From an uncultured Pseudobdellovibrionaceae bacterium (lineage in GTDB: Bacteria > Bdellovibrionota > Bdellovibrionia > Bdellovibrionales > UBA1609), in the NCBI GenBank assembly GCA_964502735.1, contig CAZCYD010000005.1:54632-118631 (forward strand): a stretch of 64,000 nt of DNA, written 5' to 3'. Shown here piece by piece: positions 9,222 through 19,426 of this stretch. A program made the translations under genes and the position numbers. Under the pieces are notes generated by a model. That model made no database searches. It saw only the letters and a program-made list of their open reading frames with translations, and had not been told where the DNA came from. Position 1 is the stretch's first letter. Each line of letters opens with the position of its first letter.

Positions 9222-10196
9222 ATGAAGCAATCACCTTTCTACACGAAAAACTTAATTTACAAAGCCTTCTGCCTTTTGGCCGTCATGACTTTTTTAGGAT
9301 GTGAAAGTTCGTTCGAAAATCCTTGCCCAGAAGGCGATTGTGATTCCCTGAGCTCTAGTTCCACCCAAAAAGATTTAGAAATTGGATCTGCCGCATCCGG
9401 AACACAAGGGACGGGAAGGCAAGACGGAGGGGCTTCCTTTGTAAATCCAATTGGAATTTCTAGATCTGAAAGTGGAAATTCCTCGAACGGATCGGGTTCG
9501 GGGGAGGACTCAAGCGAAAGTACAAGTTCAAATGGTTTTGGTACAACTAATGGAGCTAACACATCAGGGGGGGGGACGTCCTCTGGCGCAGGTTCTTCTG
9601 TTGAACCCACTTCGAACAACTTTATGGTTATAGATCAACTTGCAGATAAAGTTGTTGAGACGGAAGACTATTTTGTTATTCAGTATATCGTAACAGGTGA
9701 GCCTCCCTTAACTTATCAGTGGTACAAAAAATCAGCATCGGGTGCAGATCAAAAAATTGGAGAGAACAAGGCTTTCTTTTACGAGCTTGATGTCAATTTC
9801 GGACATGCAGGAATTTATTATGCAATTGTAACGGACGGAAAAGGTAGAACTATAAAAAGTCGGGAGGCCAAAGTTCATGTCATTGCAGGAAGAAAACCCT
9901 GCGATAGCCAAAAGTATGCCCCCCGTTACAGAATGGACAGAAGTGGCCAGTTGGATTGGAACTATTTGTATGAGAAGCCTTACTTGGCCAATCGTGAACA
10001 GTGGGCGATTCAAACCGTGCGCAGTACAAGTGATTCGGGTTTTTATATTAAAAGTTGCGAAAACCGAGTCGCTGCTACTGGATATTGCTTTGGGGCGTGG
10101 AATGGTCATATTAAATACCAATGTCAAAATGGAAAGTTTAAACTTGTGCAAAACACTTGCTTCTGCTCGGAAGATTACAGTGGAGGGGGAAACTGA
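9222..10196 (+). CDS. lipoprotein paralog 1: Ser/Gly-rich linker + Ig-like domain + Cys-rich C-terminal domain
   Basis: Lipobox TFLGC, low-complexity S/G region, PLTYQWYKK..AGIYYAIVTDGKGRTIKSREAKVHV, C-terminal YQCQNGKFKLVQNTCFC. ATG 9222 preferred over the track's TTG 9192. Confidence 0.65.
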   Translation: MKQSPFYTKNLIYKAFCLLAVMTFLGCESSFENPCPEGDCDSLSSSSTQKDLEIGSAASGTQGTGRQDGGASFVNPIGISRSESGNSSNGSGSGEDSSESTSSNGFGTTNGANTSGGGTSSGAGSSVEPTSNNFMVIDQLADKVVETEDYFVIQYIVTGEPPLTYQWYKKSASGADQKIGENKAFFYELDVNFGHAGIYYAIVTDGKGRTIKSREAKVHVIAGRKPCDSQKYAPRYRMDRSGQLDWNYLYEKPYLANREQWAIQTVRSTSDSGFYIKSCENRVAATGYCFGAWNGHIKYQCQNGKFKLVQNTCFCSEDYSGGGN

Positions 10197-11140
10197 TGAG
10201 AAAAATCAGAAATTATTCCCTTACCATTTTAAAATCTAGCAGGATAAAGCCTTTCATTTGGGTGTTCTCTACATTTTTTATCGCCTATTTTTTGAATTCA
10301 TGCAGCGATACATTTCAATCTCCTGAAGGGTCTTCAGGGTCGAACTCGTCAATAAACAACCTTACAGAGTTGGGGCAAATTGGTTACGATGAAACCTCTC
10401 TAGTGAGAGTTATCAGCTACAATTCGGGAACGACCCATTCGGCTTCAGGGTTTGGAGCGGGAACATCGACCTCTACAGGAAGGACTTCACAGTCCAACTC
10501 CGGTGGATACGCCAGCGGTGGTGGACAATTAGATCAGGGAGTAGATTCAGAGTCTTCAACTTCATCAATAACTTATGACAATTACGATGGTAAAGGGTTT
10601 CATTATTTTGAGAAAATGACTGAGCCTGAAAATGCTTTTGTTTCTGAAGGTGAGGCTTTTGCTTTGCAGTTTGTAGCCATCGGTCGGTTTCCGCTGAAGT
10701 ACGTTTGGTACAGGGAAGGAACAATGGGTAGGCAAGTAGTTGGAACGGACTCAACTGTCTTTTCTAAAATATCAGCAAGTCGCACCGATGCGGGGGTTTA
10801 CTATGCGACGGTGCAAGACCGAGAAGGCAATACTCTGACCAGTCGTAAAGTCACACTCAGTATTCGTCCATCAGATAATTCCTGTTCTGCCGGTAATTAT
10901 GGAAAGTTAGGGGCTACCTTCGACGAGTTGGTTTCTGAGAATTATGTGCCAACGGGGTACCGAAATTGGTTGGTGCAGCTTCCGTATAAACGAGGCACTT
11001 ACACGGCAGAAGTGAGTTGTGAAAACTATAGAAGTTCTTTATTAACCACTTGCACAGGGACTTTAACCTATCAGTGTATAGATGGAAAATATAAAAGAAT
11101 TGATGGGGAATGTGTGTGTAGTGATAATGGTGGAAACTGA
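10196..11140 (+). CDS. lipoprotein paralog 2 of the same family
   Basis: The ATG overlaps the paralog 1 stop (TGATG). Lipobox FLNSC, PLKYVWYRE..AGVYYATVQDREGNTLTSRKVTLSI, YQCIDGKYKRIDGECVC. Confidence 0.65.
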   Translation: MRKIRNYSLTILKSSRIKPFIWVFSTFFIAYFLNSCSDTFQSPEGSSGSNSSINNLTELGQIGYDETSLVRVISYNSGTTHSASGFGAGTSTSTGRTSQSNSGGYASGGGQLDQGVDSESSTSSITYDNYDGKGFHYFEKMTEPENAFVSEGEAFALQFVAIGRFPLKYVWYREGTMGRQVVGTDSTVFSKISASRTDAGVYYATVQDREGNTLTSRKVTLSIRPSDNSCSAGNYGKLGATFDELVSENYVPTGYRNWLVQLPYKRGTYTAEVSCENYRSSLLTTCTGTLTYQCIDGKYKRIDGECVCSDNGGN

Positions 11141-11143
11141 CAA

Positions 11144-12286
11144 TTATGAACAGGCTTCTAAGTTCTGAATGACTTTTTCTGCCAAAGCGGAGTCGCAGAG
11201 ACTATGAATGTGATTGTGATTGGAAACAATTTCAATAGCCTGAGGTTGTTCAATGTCCGCTAACAAGGTCAATTGGGCTGTTGAAGAGCCTGTAGGTGAG
11301 TCGCTAATTAAACTTACGAGACTTTTATCTTTTGCATATGGGATGTGTTCATTTTCCAACAATAAGAGGATGGGTTGTAGAGTTTCAATATTTCCCCAGA
11401 AGCAAGTCAAGTTCTGTACAGAAAATATATGAGGTTTGTTCAGTCTATGGGAGTTCATCTTCTCAATGAATTCAGAAGAGGCGAGATCGACTCGGACGAC
11501 TCCATTTACAGAAACAATAGCTTTGAAATTGGGTTGTGGGCGAGAGGATACAGTTGTGTATTCATTTGGATTTTCAGCATTCACAATCTTATATTCAATG
11601 TCCATTTCTTTGGCCAGTTCTACTGCGGGCACATGAAGAACCTGTGAACCCAGTTGGCAAAGCAAAAGAAGTTGGTCGTGAGAAAGATATGGAATAGTTT
11701 TGGCTTTAGAAGACTTTTTGGGGTCAGCTGTACAGATTCCAGGAACGTCTTTGAATATTCGGCATTCGCTGCGGAAGTATTTTGCGAAAGCCATGGCTGT
11801 AGTGTCGGAACCGCCTCGACCAATTGTTGTAATTTCTTTTGTTTCGGGGTTTACGCCTTGAAAGCCCGCAACAATAACAATTTTTCCTTTGTTTAGCTCC
11901 TCCACCACTCGAACGGGTTTAATTTCAACAATTCGTGCATTATTGTGATCACTCTCAGTGAGAATGCCGGCCTGACTTCCCGTAAAACTTATGGTGGGAC
12001 AGCCCATATCATTTAATATCATGCTCAACAGGGCCATGCTGACTCTCTCGCCGGTGGTCAGAAGCATATCCAGTTCGCGTCGTTGAGGTTGGTGGGAGAC
12101 TTGATAAGCCAATTTTACTAAATCATTTGTGGTGTTACCCATTGCGCTGACAACCACTACAATCGAATATCCCTGTTGTCGCCACGAGCTTATAAGCTCC
12201 GCCCTTAGTTTCATTTTGTCGGTATTGGCTAAGCAACTCCCACCAAATTTCACAACCAAAACTTTTGATAAGTCATGTAACGACAT
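11144..12286 (-). CDS. aspartate kinase
   Basis: VVKFGGSCL, GRGGSDTTA and a C-terminal ACT-like region. Confidence 0.85.
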   Translation of the reverse strand: MSLHDLSKVLVVKFGGSCLANTDKMKLRAELISSWRQQGYSIVVVVSAMGNTTNDLVKLAYQVSHQPQRRELDMLLTTGERVSMALLSMILNDMGCPTISFTGSQAGILTESDHNNARIVEIKPVRVVEELNKGKIVIVAGFQGVNPETKEITTIGRGGSDTTAMAFAKYFRSECRIFKDVPGICTADPKKSSKAKTIPYLSHDQLLLLCQLGSQVLHVPAVELAKEMDIEYKIVNAENPNEYTTVSSRPQPNFKAIVSVNGVVRVDLASSEFIEKMNSHRLNKPHIFSVQNLTCFWGNIETLQPILLLLENEHIPYAKDKSLVSLISDSPTGSSTAQLTLLADIEQPQAIEIVSNHNHIHSLCDSALAEKVIQNLEACS

Positions 12287-12543
12287 AGAAGGGGATAATA
12301 AGGGGAGGGAGTTTGACTGACAAGCGGATTTCTAAAAAATTGTGCAGAAACTCGTAACGTGAGAATTTAGGGATTATTGTGTGTGGCTTGATATAAGACG
12401 TTTCATACTGAGACGTAAAGTTATTGTCCAAGTGCTTGATTTATAACAGAAACAAACCGAGAAGTCCTCACGAGGTTGACCTGAATAGGCCCTGTTTTTG
12501 CTTACTTAGGTAGTAAGGTTTACAAAAATATCCGAGGAAATCT

Positions 12544-13470
12544 TTGAATTATTTAGGTTTAATTTTTTTATCAATTTTGGTTCTTGCTGGCTGCGATACC
12601 AGCACATTTACTCCTCCCAAAATCTGCGATGGAGACAATTGCACATCCAGTTCTGAAAGTTCAGCATCTGGAGCATCCGGAGTTTCTGGAGCTAATAGCC
12701 AAACTGTAGGTGGCAATGGTGGAGTCACTTCAGGGGTTGGAACTATAACTCCTAATTCAGGAAGTGCCCCATCATCAGGAGGAGGCAGTCCCCCATTGTC
12801 TACAGGTTCTGGCGGTTTTGCTAATAGTGGTATATCATCAGGGGGAGGGTCAGACGCAAGGTCTGGTGGTAGTTCTGGTCAAACCATTATCGAATACAAG
12901 AGCCCAGGTGGCTACAGTAATTATTTTGCCAAAATTAATGAACCTATTGATCAACAAGTGAGCGAAAAACTCCCCTTTGCTTTAAAGTTTGTGGCCGTTG
13001 GGAAAATGCCTCTAAAGTACAGTTGGTTTAAAGAAGAAGGAGGAGGCTCTCGTCAACTGAGTGTAGATACAAGTGTATTTTCTAAGGACAGTGCGGCTCT
13101 GTCAGACTCGGGAACCTACTTCGCTAGGGTGGAGGACGCTGATGGTAATGTTTTAACTAGCCGTCGGGCCACGTTAAAAATAAACCAGGAAAGAAAGGAG
13201 TGCTTTGCTGGTGAGTACGGTCCCGAAAAGTATGACTCCCAGAGCCAGTCTTTTGATTATTCAAATCTTGTTCCTAGAGCCAGAATGAACCGCACAATTG
13301 GGGCAAAATTTTATAATTTAGGTGGAGAAATTGACGGTTATGCTCTTTCTGTCAACCGATGTATAAAATATTATGGAAGTGGAAGCGAATGCACTTCTGG
13401 TGGTACTTTGTTGCAATGTCAAAATGGGGCTTACACGATTGTGAGTACGACTTGCAGATGTTACAACTGA
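12544..13470 (+). CDS. lipoprotein paralog 3 of the same family
   Basis: TTG start after GAGGAA. Lipobox LAGC, S/G-rich linker, PLKYSWFKE..SGTYFARVEDADGNVLTSRRATLKI, LLQCQNGAYTIVSTTCRC. Confidence 0.65.
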   Translation: MNYLGLIFLSILVLAGCDTSTFTPPKICDGDNCTSSSESSASGASGVSGANSQTVGGNGGVTSGVGTITPNSGSAPSSGGGSPPLSTGSGGFANSGISSGGGSDARSGGSSGQTIIEYKSPGGYSNYFAKINEPIDQQVSEKLPFALKFVAVGKMPLKYSWFKEEGGGSRQLSVDTSVFSKDSAALSDSGTYFARVEDADGNVLTSRRATLKINQERKECFAGEYGPEKYDSQSQSFDYSNLVPRARMNRTIGAKFYNLGGEIDGYALSVNRCIKYYGSGSECTSGGTLLQCQNGAYTIVSTTCRCYN

Positions 13471-14474
13471 CTGCGGATGTATTTGGCTACAATGGGAATG
13501 TAACCTTTGGGAACCCGAATTCTGTGGGATTTAACAAAGCCTGGTATGAACCCCATTTTTAAATCAGGGTTTAGTCTTTTTAGTTTGTCCTTAGAAACGC
13601 CAATGTAATTAGATAATGTATGGAGATCTGTGCCTCCTGGAACGTACATATAGTCGTACTCATAGGGAGTCATGGGGACGATGTCTTTAAATCCATAGAG
13701 TTTAGGAGCTTTTGAAATCAAGAGTACAGCCAGCATTTTTGGAATGTAATTCTTTGTTTCATCAGGAAAATCCTTTTTGTTCGCTAAAATCCAAAAATCT
13801 TGGGTCTGGTGCTTTTTAATAAGTCGATTTAATCGACCTTCGCCCATATTGTAGGCCGAAGCTGTTAGATACCACGAATTAAACATTTTATAGAGATCTC
13901 CCAGGTATCCCGCAGCGGCAAGTGTGCTTTTTAAAAAGTCTTGCCTCTCATCAATCCACCAGTCGATTTTAAGATTATAGCGTTTAGCAGTAGGCTCAAT
14001 AAACTGCCAGTAACCTACTGCATCTGCTGTGCTAACAGCGTGGGCTGAGAAACCACTTTCAATCATAGAGATATAAGCGAGATCTTGAGGTAGGCCTTTT
14101 TCAGCTAAAGCTTTTTTCATAAAAGGTAAGTATTTATTACTTCTCTCGAGTCGTTTTTTTAGCCAATCTTTACCTGTAGTTTGATAATAACGGATCCAAT
14201 TTTGTACCTCTTTATTGTAGGTAACAGGAATATCAAAAAAGGGTTTGTTTTCTACGGATGTATAATGTTGAGTTCCTTTTCGAATTACGTAAGGTGAATG
14301 CACACGCTTTTGACTCTTTTGTAGTCTTTGTTTTTGCAATTCATTAGCTATATCTTGAAAGCTTACAACGTCATTCTTATTAATAGCGGCCTGGACGGAA
14401 CTGGTCCAACTTAGATTGCAAAAAGAATACAGATTGCAAAAATAAAATACTGTAAAAAACAAAATTCTTAACAT
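13461..14474 (-). CDS. lytic transglycosylase (SLT domain), divergent from flgF
   Basis: Signal peptide. Catalytic region ISMIESGFS..AVGYWQFI..YNMG. Confidence 0.8.
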   Translation of the reverse strand: MLRILFFTVFYFCNLYSFCNLSWTSSVQAAINKNDVVSFQDIANELQKQRLQKSQKRVHSPYVIRKGTQHYTSVENKPFFDIPVTYNKEVQNWIRYYQTTGKDWLKKRLERSNKYLPFMKKALAEKGLPQDLAYISMIESGFSAHAVSTADAVGYWQFIEPTAKRYNLKIDWWIDERQDFLKSTLAAAGYLGDLYKMFNSWYLTASAYNMGEGRLNRLIKKHQTQDFWILANKKDFPDETKNYIPKMLAVLLISKAPKLYGFKDIVPMTPYEYDYMYVPGGTDLHTLSNYIGVSKDKLKRLNPDLKMGFIPGFVKSHRIRVPKGYIPIVAKYIRSQL

Positions 14475-14619
14475 GAGATTTAGTATGAATGAATTCTGCT
14501 CATTTGAGTAGACTTAGTATGTTATACTTCAGTCTAGTTTTATGTCATTTTCCTATCGCCTTGTGATAGTTTTTTGACGCCTCAAAAAAATTTTCAATGC
14601 TAATTCAGGTGTTTACTAG

Positions 14620-14634
14620 TGGCACACTCATTGC
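14620..14634 (+). promoter_or_regulatory. sigma-54 promoter for flgF operon
   Basis: TGGCAC-ACTCA-TTGC, an exact -24/-12 consensus with GG-N10-GC spacing, 24 nt before ATG 14658. Confidence 0.65.
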
Positions 14635-14657
14635 TTTGTAGAGTAGTGAGGAAGAGT

Positions 14658-15464
14658 ATGAGTACGAAAGGAATCTACACGGCCGTTAGTGGAGCCATTG
14701 CACAAAGTGCGAGGGTGGACACTATAGCCAACAATATTGCTAACACCAATACAACTGCATTTAAAAAGAGTAAGCAAGTTTTTAATGAATATCTCACGGC
14801 TAATGAAAAGCTTCCTGATATTATTCAAGTCCCGAGAGTTCCAGCCTCAATAGATAGTTTTTATGACATGCAAGGGGGAGACAAAGCCTATGTGGATAAG
14901 TCTGGGACTTATGTTGATTTTTCACAAGGACAACTTAAACATACAGGGAATACTTTTGACGTAGCTATTGAAGGTTCTGCGTTTTTTGAAGTTTTGGGTC
15001 CAGAAGGTGTGCGTCTAACTCGAGATGGGTCATTTAAAAGAGATGTCGATGGTCGACTTGTAACAAAACAGGGTTATCCGGTTCTTAGTCGTGGGGCGGG
15101 AGATCCCTCAACTCGAATAGTCCAAATTGAATCAAATGATATGACAGTATCTTATAGTGGAGATTTATATTCAGGGGGGAATCTTGTGGGTCAGATTTCG
15201 ATGGTTCAACCAACAGAAGCTTCCGCACTAAAACCTATAGGTATGAATTCATTTGTTTTAAAGCCAAATTATCAAAATAGTTTGATTCCCACAGAAGATG
15301 CGAAGTTGCATCAAGGATTTCTAGAGGGAAGCAATGTTAATGTTGTAGCCGAAATGACAGACATGATTGCTGCCACAAGAACTTTTGAAAGTACACAACA
15401 GGCCATAAAAGCCTTTGATTCAATGAACGAAAAATTAGTTAATGTTGTGCCAAGATTAAAATAG
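14658..15464 (+). CDS. flgF: flagellar basal-body rod protein FlgF
   Basis: N-terminal rod motif (GIYTAVSGA..IANNIANTNTTAFKK) and C-terminal FLEGSNVN..M..MI...R.FE. The start was moved off the sigma-54 site (the track start 14619 lies on it). Confidence 0.85.
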   Translation: MSTKGIYTAVSGAIAQSARVDTIANNIANTNTTAFKKSKQVFNEYLTANEKLPDIIQVPRVPASIDSFYDMQGGDKAYVDKSGTYVDFSQGQLKHTGNTFDVAIEGSAFFEVLGPEGVRLTRDGSFKRDVDGRLVTKQGYPVLSRGAGDPSTRIVQIESNDMTVSYSGDLYSGGNLVGQISMVQPTEASALKPIGMNSFVLKPNYQNSLIPTEDAKLHQGFLEGSNVNVVAEMTDMIAATRTFESTQQAIKAFDSMNEKLVNVVPRLK

Positions 15465-15475
15465 GGGTGTAGGGA

Positions 15476-16261
15476 ATGATTAAATCTTTAAATACAGCGG
15501 CAACAGGTATGAAAGCTCAACAAACAAATATGGATGTTATAGCAAATAACATTGCGAATGCCTCAACAACAGGATTCAAAAAGGCAAGAGCTGAATTTGA
15601 AGAACTCATGTATCAAACAATTAAGGAGCCTGGCGCAGCCTCTGGAGCTAATTCTATTTCTCCAACTGGAGTACAGGTCGGCCTAGGAGTAAAAACGAAT
15701 TCTGTTCAAAGAGATTTTGCTCAAGGCTCAACCACGATAACTAAAAATGCTTTGGATATTGAAATTCAAGGCTCTGGTTTTTTGCCCGTTCAACTTCCAA
15801 GCGGTCAAATTGCGTACACTCGAGACGGAGCGCTTAAAAAAGGCCCGGATGGGCGAGTTCAAGACAAGAACGGAAATGTCTTACAACCAGAAATCTCTGT
15901 ACCACAAGGAGCAACAGGTGTGGAGATTTCACCAGATGGTCAAGTTAATATCATTACAGGACTAAATACAGAGCCTCAAAATATAGGACAAATCCAATTG
16001 GTAAATTTTGTTAATCCAGCAGGTTTAAAAAGTGTAGGGGCCAATTTATTTATTCCCACAAATGCGAGTGGTTTGCCACAGCAGGGGATACCAGGAACAA
16101 ATGGAATGGGAATGCTTGCCCAAGGGCAGTTAGAAACAAGTAATGTGAATATAGTGGATGAGATGGTAAATATGATTGGAGCGCAAAGAACATACGAGAC
16201 CAACTCAAAAGTTATTCAGGCATCAGACCAGATGTTGCAGTATATGAATAATCTGAGGTAG
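15476..16261 (+). CDS. flgG: flagellar distal rod protein FlgG
   Basis: MIKSLNTAATGMKAQQ..IANNIANASTTGFKK and C-terminal LETSNVNIVDEMVNMIGAQRTYE. Confidence 0.95.
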   Translation: MIKSLNTAATGMKAQQTNMDVIANNIANASTTGFKKARAEFEELMYQTIKEPGAASGANSISPTGVQVGLGVKTNSVQRDFAQGSTTITKNALDIEIQGSGFLPVQLPSGQIAYTRDGALKKGPDGRVQDKNGNVLQPEISVPQGATGVEISPDGQVNIITGLNTEPQNIGQIQLVNFVNPAGLKSVGANLFIPTNASGLPQQGIPGTNGMGMLAQGQLETSNVNIVDEMVNMIGAQRTYETNSKVIQASDQMLQYMNNLR

Positions 16262-16268
16262 TGAAAGC

Positions 16269-17210
16269 ATGAACAGAATGTTTTTTGTTTTTATATTCTT
16301 ATTTTCGCTATTTGGTTATGGAAAAAACCAGATAGTGGCTATTTCTGAAATTGAGATTGAAAATAAAAAAATCATTACTTTGGGGGATGTCACAAATATA
16401 AAAGATTTTCCTGAGCTGTTGTCAAAGTCGTTGGAGTCAATAGAGCTAGGTAATGCTCCAGAGCTAGGAGAGGAAAGAATTTTCACAAGTTCTGCAATTG
16501 CCTTAATTCTTAGAAAAAAAATGACCAAGCAAGAATTGCAAAAATATCAATTAAGAATTCCAAATCAAGTGCGTGTAAAAATAAAAGACAACAGTTTAAC
16601 GCAAGAAAACTTAAAACGGGAATTGATGGGTCATTGGCAGGTAAAGTGTCAAGAGTGTCGATTTAAAATAAAATATATAAATTTCCCAAGGATCTCATCC
16701 TCGGAGTCAGTCGAAAACTGGACCCTTGATGCTGGTGAAACTTTGCCAAAGGGGAATTTTAATGTAGCGCTCTATATACAAAACAAAGATAAATCAAGTC
16801 GCCAGTATTGGGTAAGCGGTCATGTGAGTTTATTTAAGAAGGTTCCAGTTGCAAAAAAAATGTTAAACCTTGGAGAAAAGTTTTCTCTAAATAATATAGG
16901 GATTGAAGAAAGGGAAATCACGCACTCAATGGACACGGCCCCTGAACTCTCTGAGCTTGTTGGTAAATCAGCAAATCAAGTTATACGGTCGGGCACAATT
17001 ATTTGGCACAATGTAGTTCTTCGTGAAAAGGCAATTCTTAAAGGTGAATTGGTAAAGATTGTTATAGGAGGAGAAAAATTTGAACTCTCCACAGTTGGAA
17101 AGGCTAACCGAGATGCCTATCTGGGAGAAAGAGTAGATATAACCCCTATAGGAACTTCTAAACCATTGTTTGGTGCAGTTATCAACAAGGGAGAGGTGAG
17201 AATAGAATGA
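16269..17210 (+). CDS. flgA: flagellar P-ring assembly chaperone FlgA
   Basis: Position between flgG and flgH, signal peptide, C-terminal SAF-like segment (G..V.I......F.L...G.A...G..G..V). Confidence 0.7.
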   Translation: MNRMFFVFIFLFSLFGYGKNQIVAISEIEIENKKIITLGDVTNIKDFPELLSKSLESIELGNAPELGEERIFTSSAIALILRKKMTKQELQKYQLRIPNQVRVKIKDNSLTQENLKRELMGHWQVKCQECRFKIKYINFPRISSSESVENWTLDAGETLPKGNFNVALYIQNKDKSSRQYWVSGHVSLFKKVPVAKKMLNLGEKFSLNNIGIEEREITHSMDTAPELSELVGKSANQVIRSGTIIWHNVVLREKAILKGELVKIVIGGEKFELSTVGKANRDAYLGERVDITPIGTSKPLFGAVINKGEVRIE

Positions 17211-17971
17211 CAAAAATGAATTTTTTTCTTGTTATACTTTCTTTGTATCTTGGGGGGTGTGCAAATTTCGGTATGAAGCTGAAGTCATTTCTGCGAGGAG
17301 AGGAAGTCAGATCGGGGGAGGTTGAAAACTCTCAAAAATTTGAAAAAAGATTTTCACAAGATCCAAATTATGCAGCTGGACCTAAAAGGCAATATAAAAG
17401 AACAACTAGATCGAGTTTAGAAAACGAAGCTTTGCTGGCAGAAAATTCAGGGTCGTTGTGGGTAATGGAGGGTCAGGGGGCTTATTTGTTTTCTCAGAAT
17501 ATTATGAGAATGATTGGAGATCCACTGGGTGTGAGAATTGAGGGAGAGTCGAAAGAACAGTTAGAATCGAAAGTTAAAATTATAACAGACCTCTTAAATC
17601 TTTTAGCTAATAAGAGAAAGATGGAGGCCCGTAAACTAGCTGAGGCTCAGGGAGCTGGTAAAAGTAACCAGGAAAAGAGCAAAGAAAAACCGGAAGAAAA
17701 AGCTGGAGAGAATGATCCTAAAGGCAAAGACGAAATGGCAGCAAGTTTTCCTGTAAAAACCGTACCTACACGTATAATTGAGAGATTAGTTGACGGTAAC
17801 TATCGGGTTAAAGGAGCGCAGCCATTTATGATAGGTAAACGAGAGTACAGTGTCATAGTTACAGGAATAGTAAGGGCTGAAGACTTTGCTGAAGACGGAG
17901 TGAGTTCAACTCAGTTGTTAGATCCAAAGTTTGATATTGTCAGTAAAAAAAGAAGGGAAACAAGCTTATGA
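17207..17971 (+). CDS. flgH: flagellar L-ring lipoprotein FlgH
   Basis: Lipobox LGGC, SLW motif, position, C-terminal V.P.DI pattern. Confidence 0.85.
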   Translation: MTKMNFFLVILSLYLGGCANFGMKLKSFLRGEEVRSGEVENSQKFEKRFSQDPNYAAGPKRQYKRTTRSSLENEALLAENSGSLWVMEGQGAYLFSQNIMRMIGDPLGVRIEGESKEQLESKVKIITDLLNLLANKRKMEARKLAEAQGAGKSNQEKSKEKPEEKAGENDPKGKDEMAASFPVKTVPTRIIERLVDGNYRVKGAQPFMIGKREYSVIVTGIVRAEDFAEDGVSSTQLLDPKFDIVSKKRRETSL

Positions 17972-18969
17972 GTCGATGGCGCATAGGGTTTGCAATCATG
18001 GTACTTTTATCTTTTTCGCCGGCTCAATCTGCTCGTCTGAAAGATATTACAAATATCAGAGGTGTTAGAAGTAATCAGTTGATTGGCTACGGAATAGTAG
18101 TGGGACTTAATGGCTCAGGTGATAGCAAAGTCGACTATACAAATAAAAGTGTTGTGAGGATGTTAGATCGATTAGGTATGAAGGTCGATGCTAAATCTGG
18201 TTCAAGCAAGAACGTGGCCGCAGTGATATTAACGGCAGAGCTTCCGCCATTTGCAAGGGCAGGAAACCGGTTAGATATTACAGTAAGTGCGTTGGGGGAT
18301 GCAACGAGTTTACGCGGAGGAACTCTGGTTCAGACTCCTCTGCGAGCAGCAGATCAGCAGGTATACGCTGTGGCTCAGGGTTCTGTAGTTGTCGGCTACA
18401 GTCAGTCAGGTGTTCACGAAACGGTGGCAAGATTGCCTAATGGGGCCATTATTGAAAGAGATATAGGAAAGGAGTTTGCTGGAAGAAAGATGTTCCGTGT
18501 CACTTTAAATAATCCAGACTTTACAACAGCGGCAAGAATTGCCAAACGAGTAAACATGGAGCTTGCAGGGAAGTATGCCACCGCCATTGATGGAGCAACG
18601 GTGGATATCGTTGCTCCACCCTCATATGAAGGAAAAGGCGTTGAATTAATGGCAGTAATTGAAAACGTAGATATTGAACCTGATACGAGAGCCCGTGTGA
18701 TTGTTAATGAAAAGACGGGAACTGTAGTTATAGGTGACGGCGTAAAGTTGTCTAGGATAGCCATTAGTCATGGAGATCTAACATTAAAGGTGGGTGGAAC
18801 TAAGTCTAGTAAAGATGCCGACAAAGTTATTGAGGTTGATGAGGCTGTAAACCTTAGAGACGTGGTTAAATCTATGAATAGACTAGGGGTTTCGCCAAAA
18901 GATTTGATAACCATTCTTCAGAACATAAAAGCCGCAGGAGCCTTGCAAGGTGAGTTGGAGGTTTTATGA
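17968..18969 (+). CDS. flgI: flagellar P-ring protein FlgI
   Basis: RLKDITNIRGVRSNQLIGYGIVVGLNGSGD, GGTL..TPL and C-terminal IKAAGALQGELEV. Confidence 0.95.
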   Translation: MSRWRIGFAIMVLLSFSPAQSARLKDITNIRGVRSNQLIGYGIVVGLNGSGDSKVDYTNKSVVRMLDRLGMKVDAKSGSSKNVAAVILTAELPPFARAGNRLDITVSALGDATSLRGGTLVQTPLRAADQQVYAVAQGSVVVGYSQSGVHETVARLPNGAIIERDIGKEFAGRKMFRVTLNNPDFTTAARIAKRVNMELAGKYATAIDGATVDIVAPPSYEGKGVELMAVIENVDIEPDTRARVIVNEKTGTVVIGDGVKLSRIAISHGDLTLKVGGTKSSKDADKVIEVDEAVNLRDVVKSMNRLGVSPKDLITILQNIKAAGALQGELEVL

Positions 18970-19426
18970 CAGATACAATGGCTAGTTTTGCAAAGGATGT
19001 TTCAGAAGAAGACACTTTTTATATTAAAATAAGAACAGGTGGTATTTACACATGGATGTGTAAAGTCCTCGAGGGGGATGGTGAGTTAGAGAGCCAAAGC
19101 CAAGGATGGTCAAGAGACTCCAGTTTCGCGCAGGAAACAGGGGAAAGATTCAGTCACAGTCAAGGAATGACGGTGTGCCGAGTTTGTTAAAAAAAGTGCA
19201 GGATGCACAAAAGTTCCTGGCTCATTATCCCTCATTTTTTTCTTGTTTTGCAAATGTGTTGCAGAAGCTTTCTATTATAACTATTCTGCTCATTTCAGAT
19301 TTTAAATTAATTCTCGCCAAAGAAACCAATAAAGATAATCAGAATACAGAGTTAACAACTTCTCAACGTCACCAGGTATTTAAAGACTTAAATAAGCCTG
19401 CACTTTCACTAAATAAAAATCATTAT

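Noticed and set aside
12287-12543. Lysine riboswitch or other leader element upstream of the aspartokinase gene
   Set aside because: I could not see the conserved L-box helices or motifs on the minus strand. The region also serves as the upstream region of lipoprotein paralog 3.
18966-19190. 74-aa ORF ATGA-coupled to flgI as a real gene
   Set aside because: Not annotated as a feature. The coupling is suggestive, but the product has no recognisable motif and the region may belong to a longer flgJ. It is reported under findings instead.
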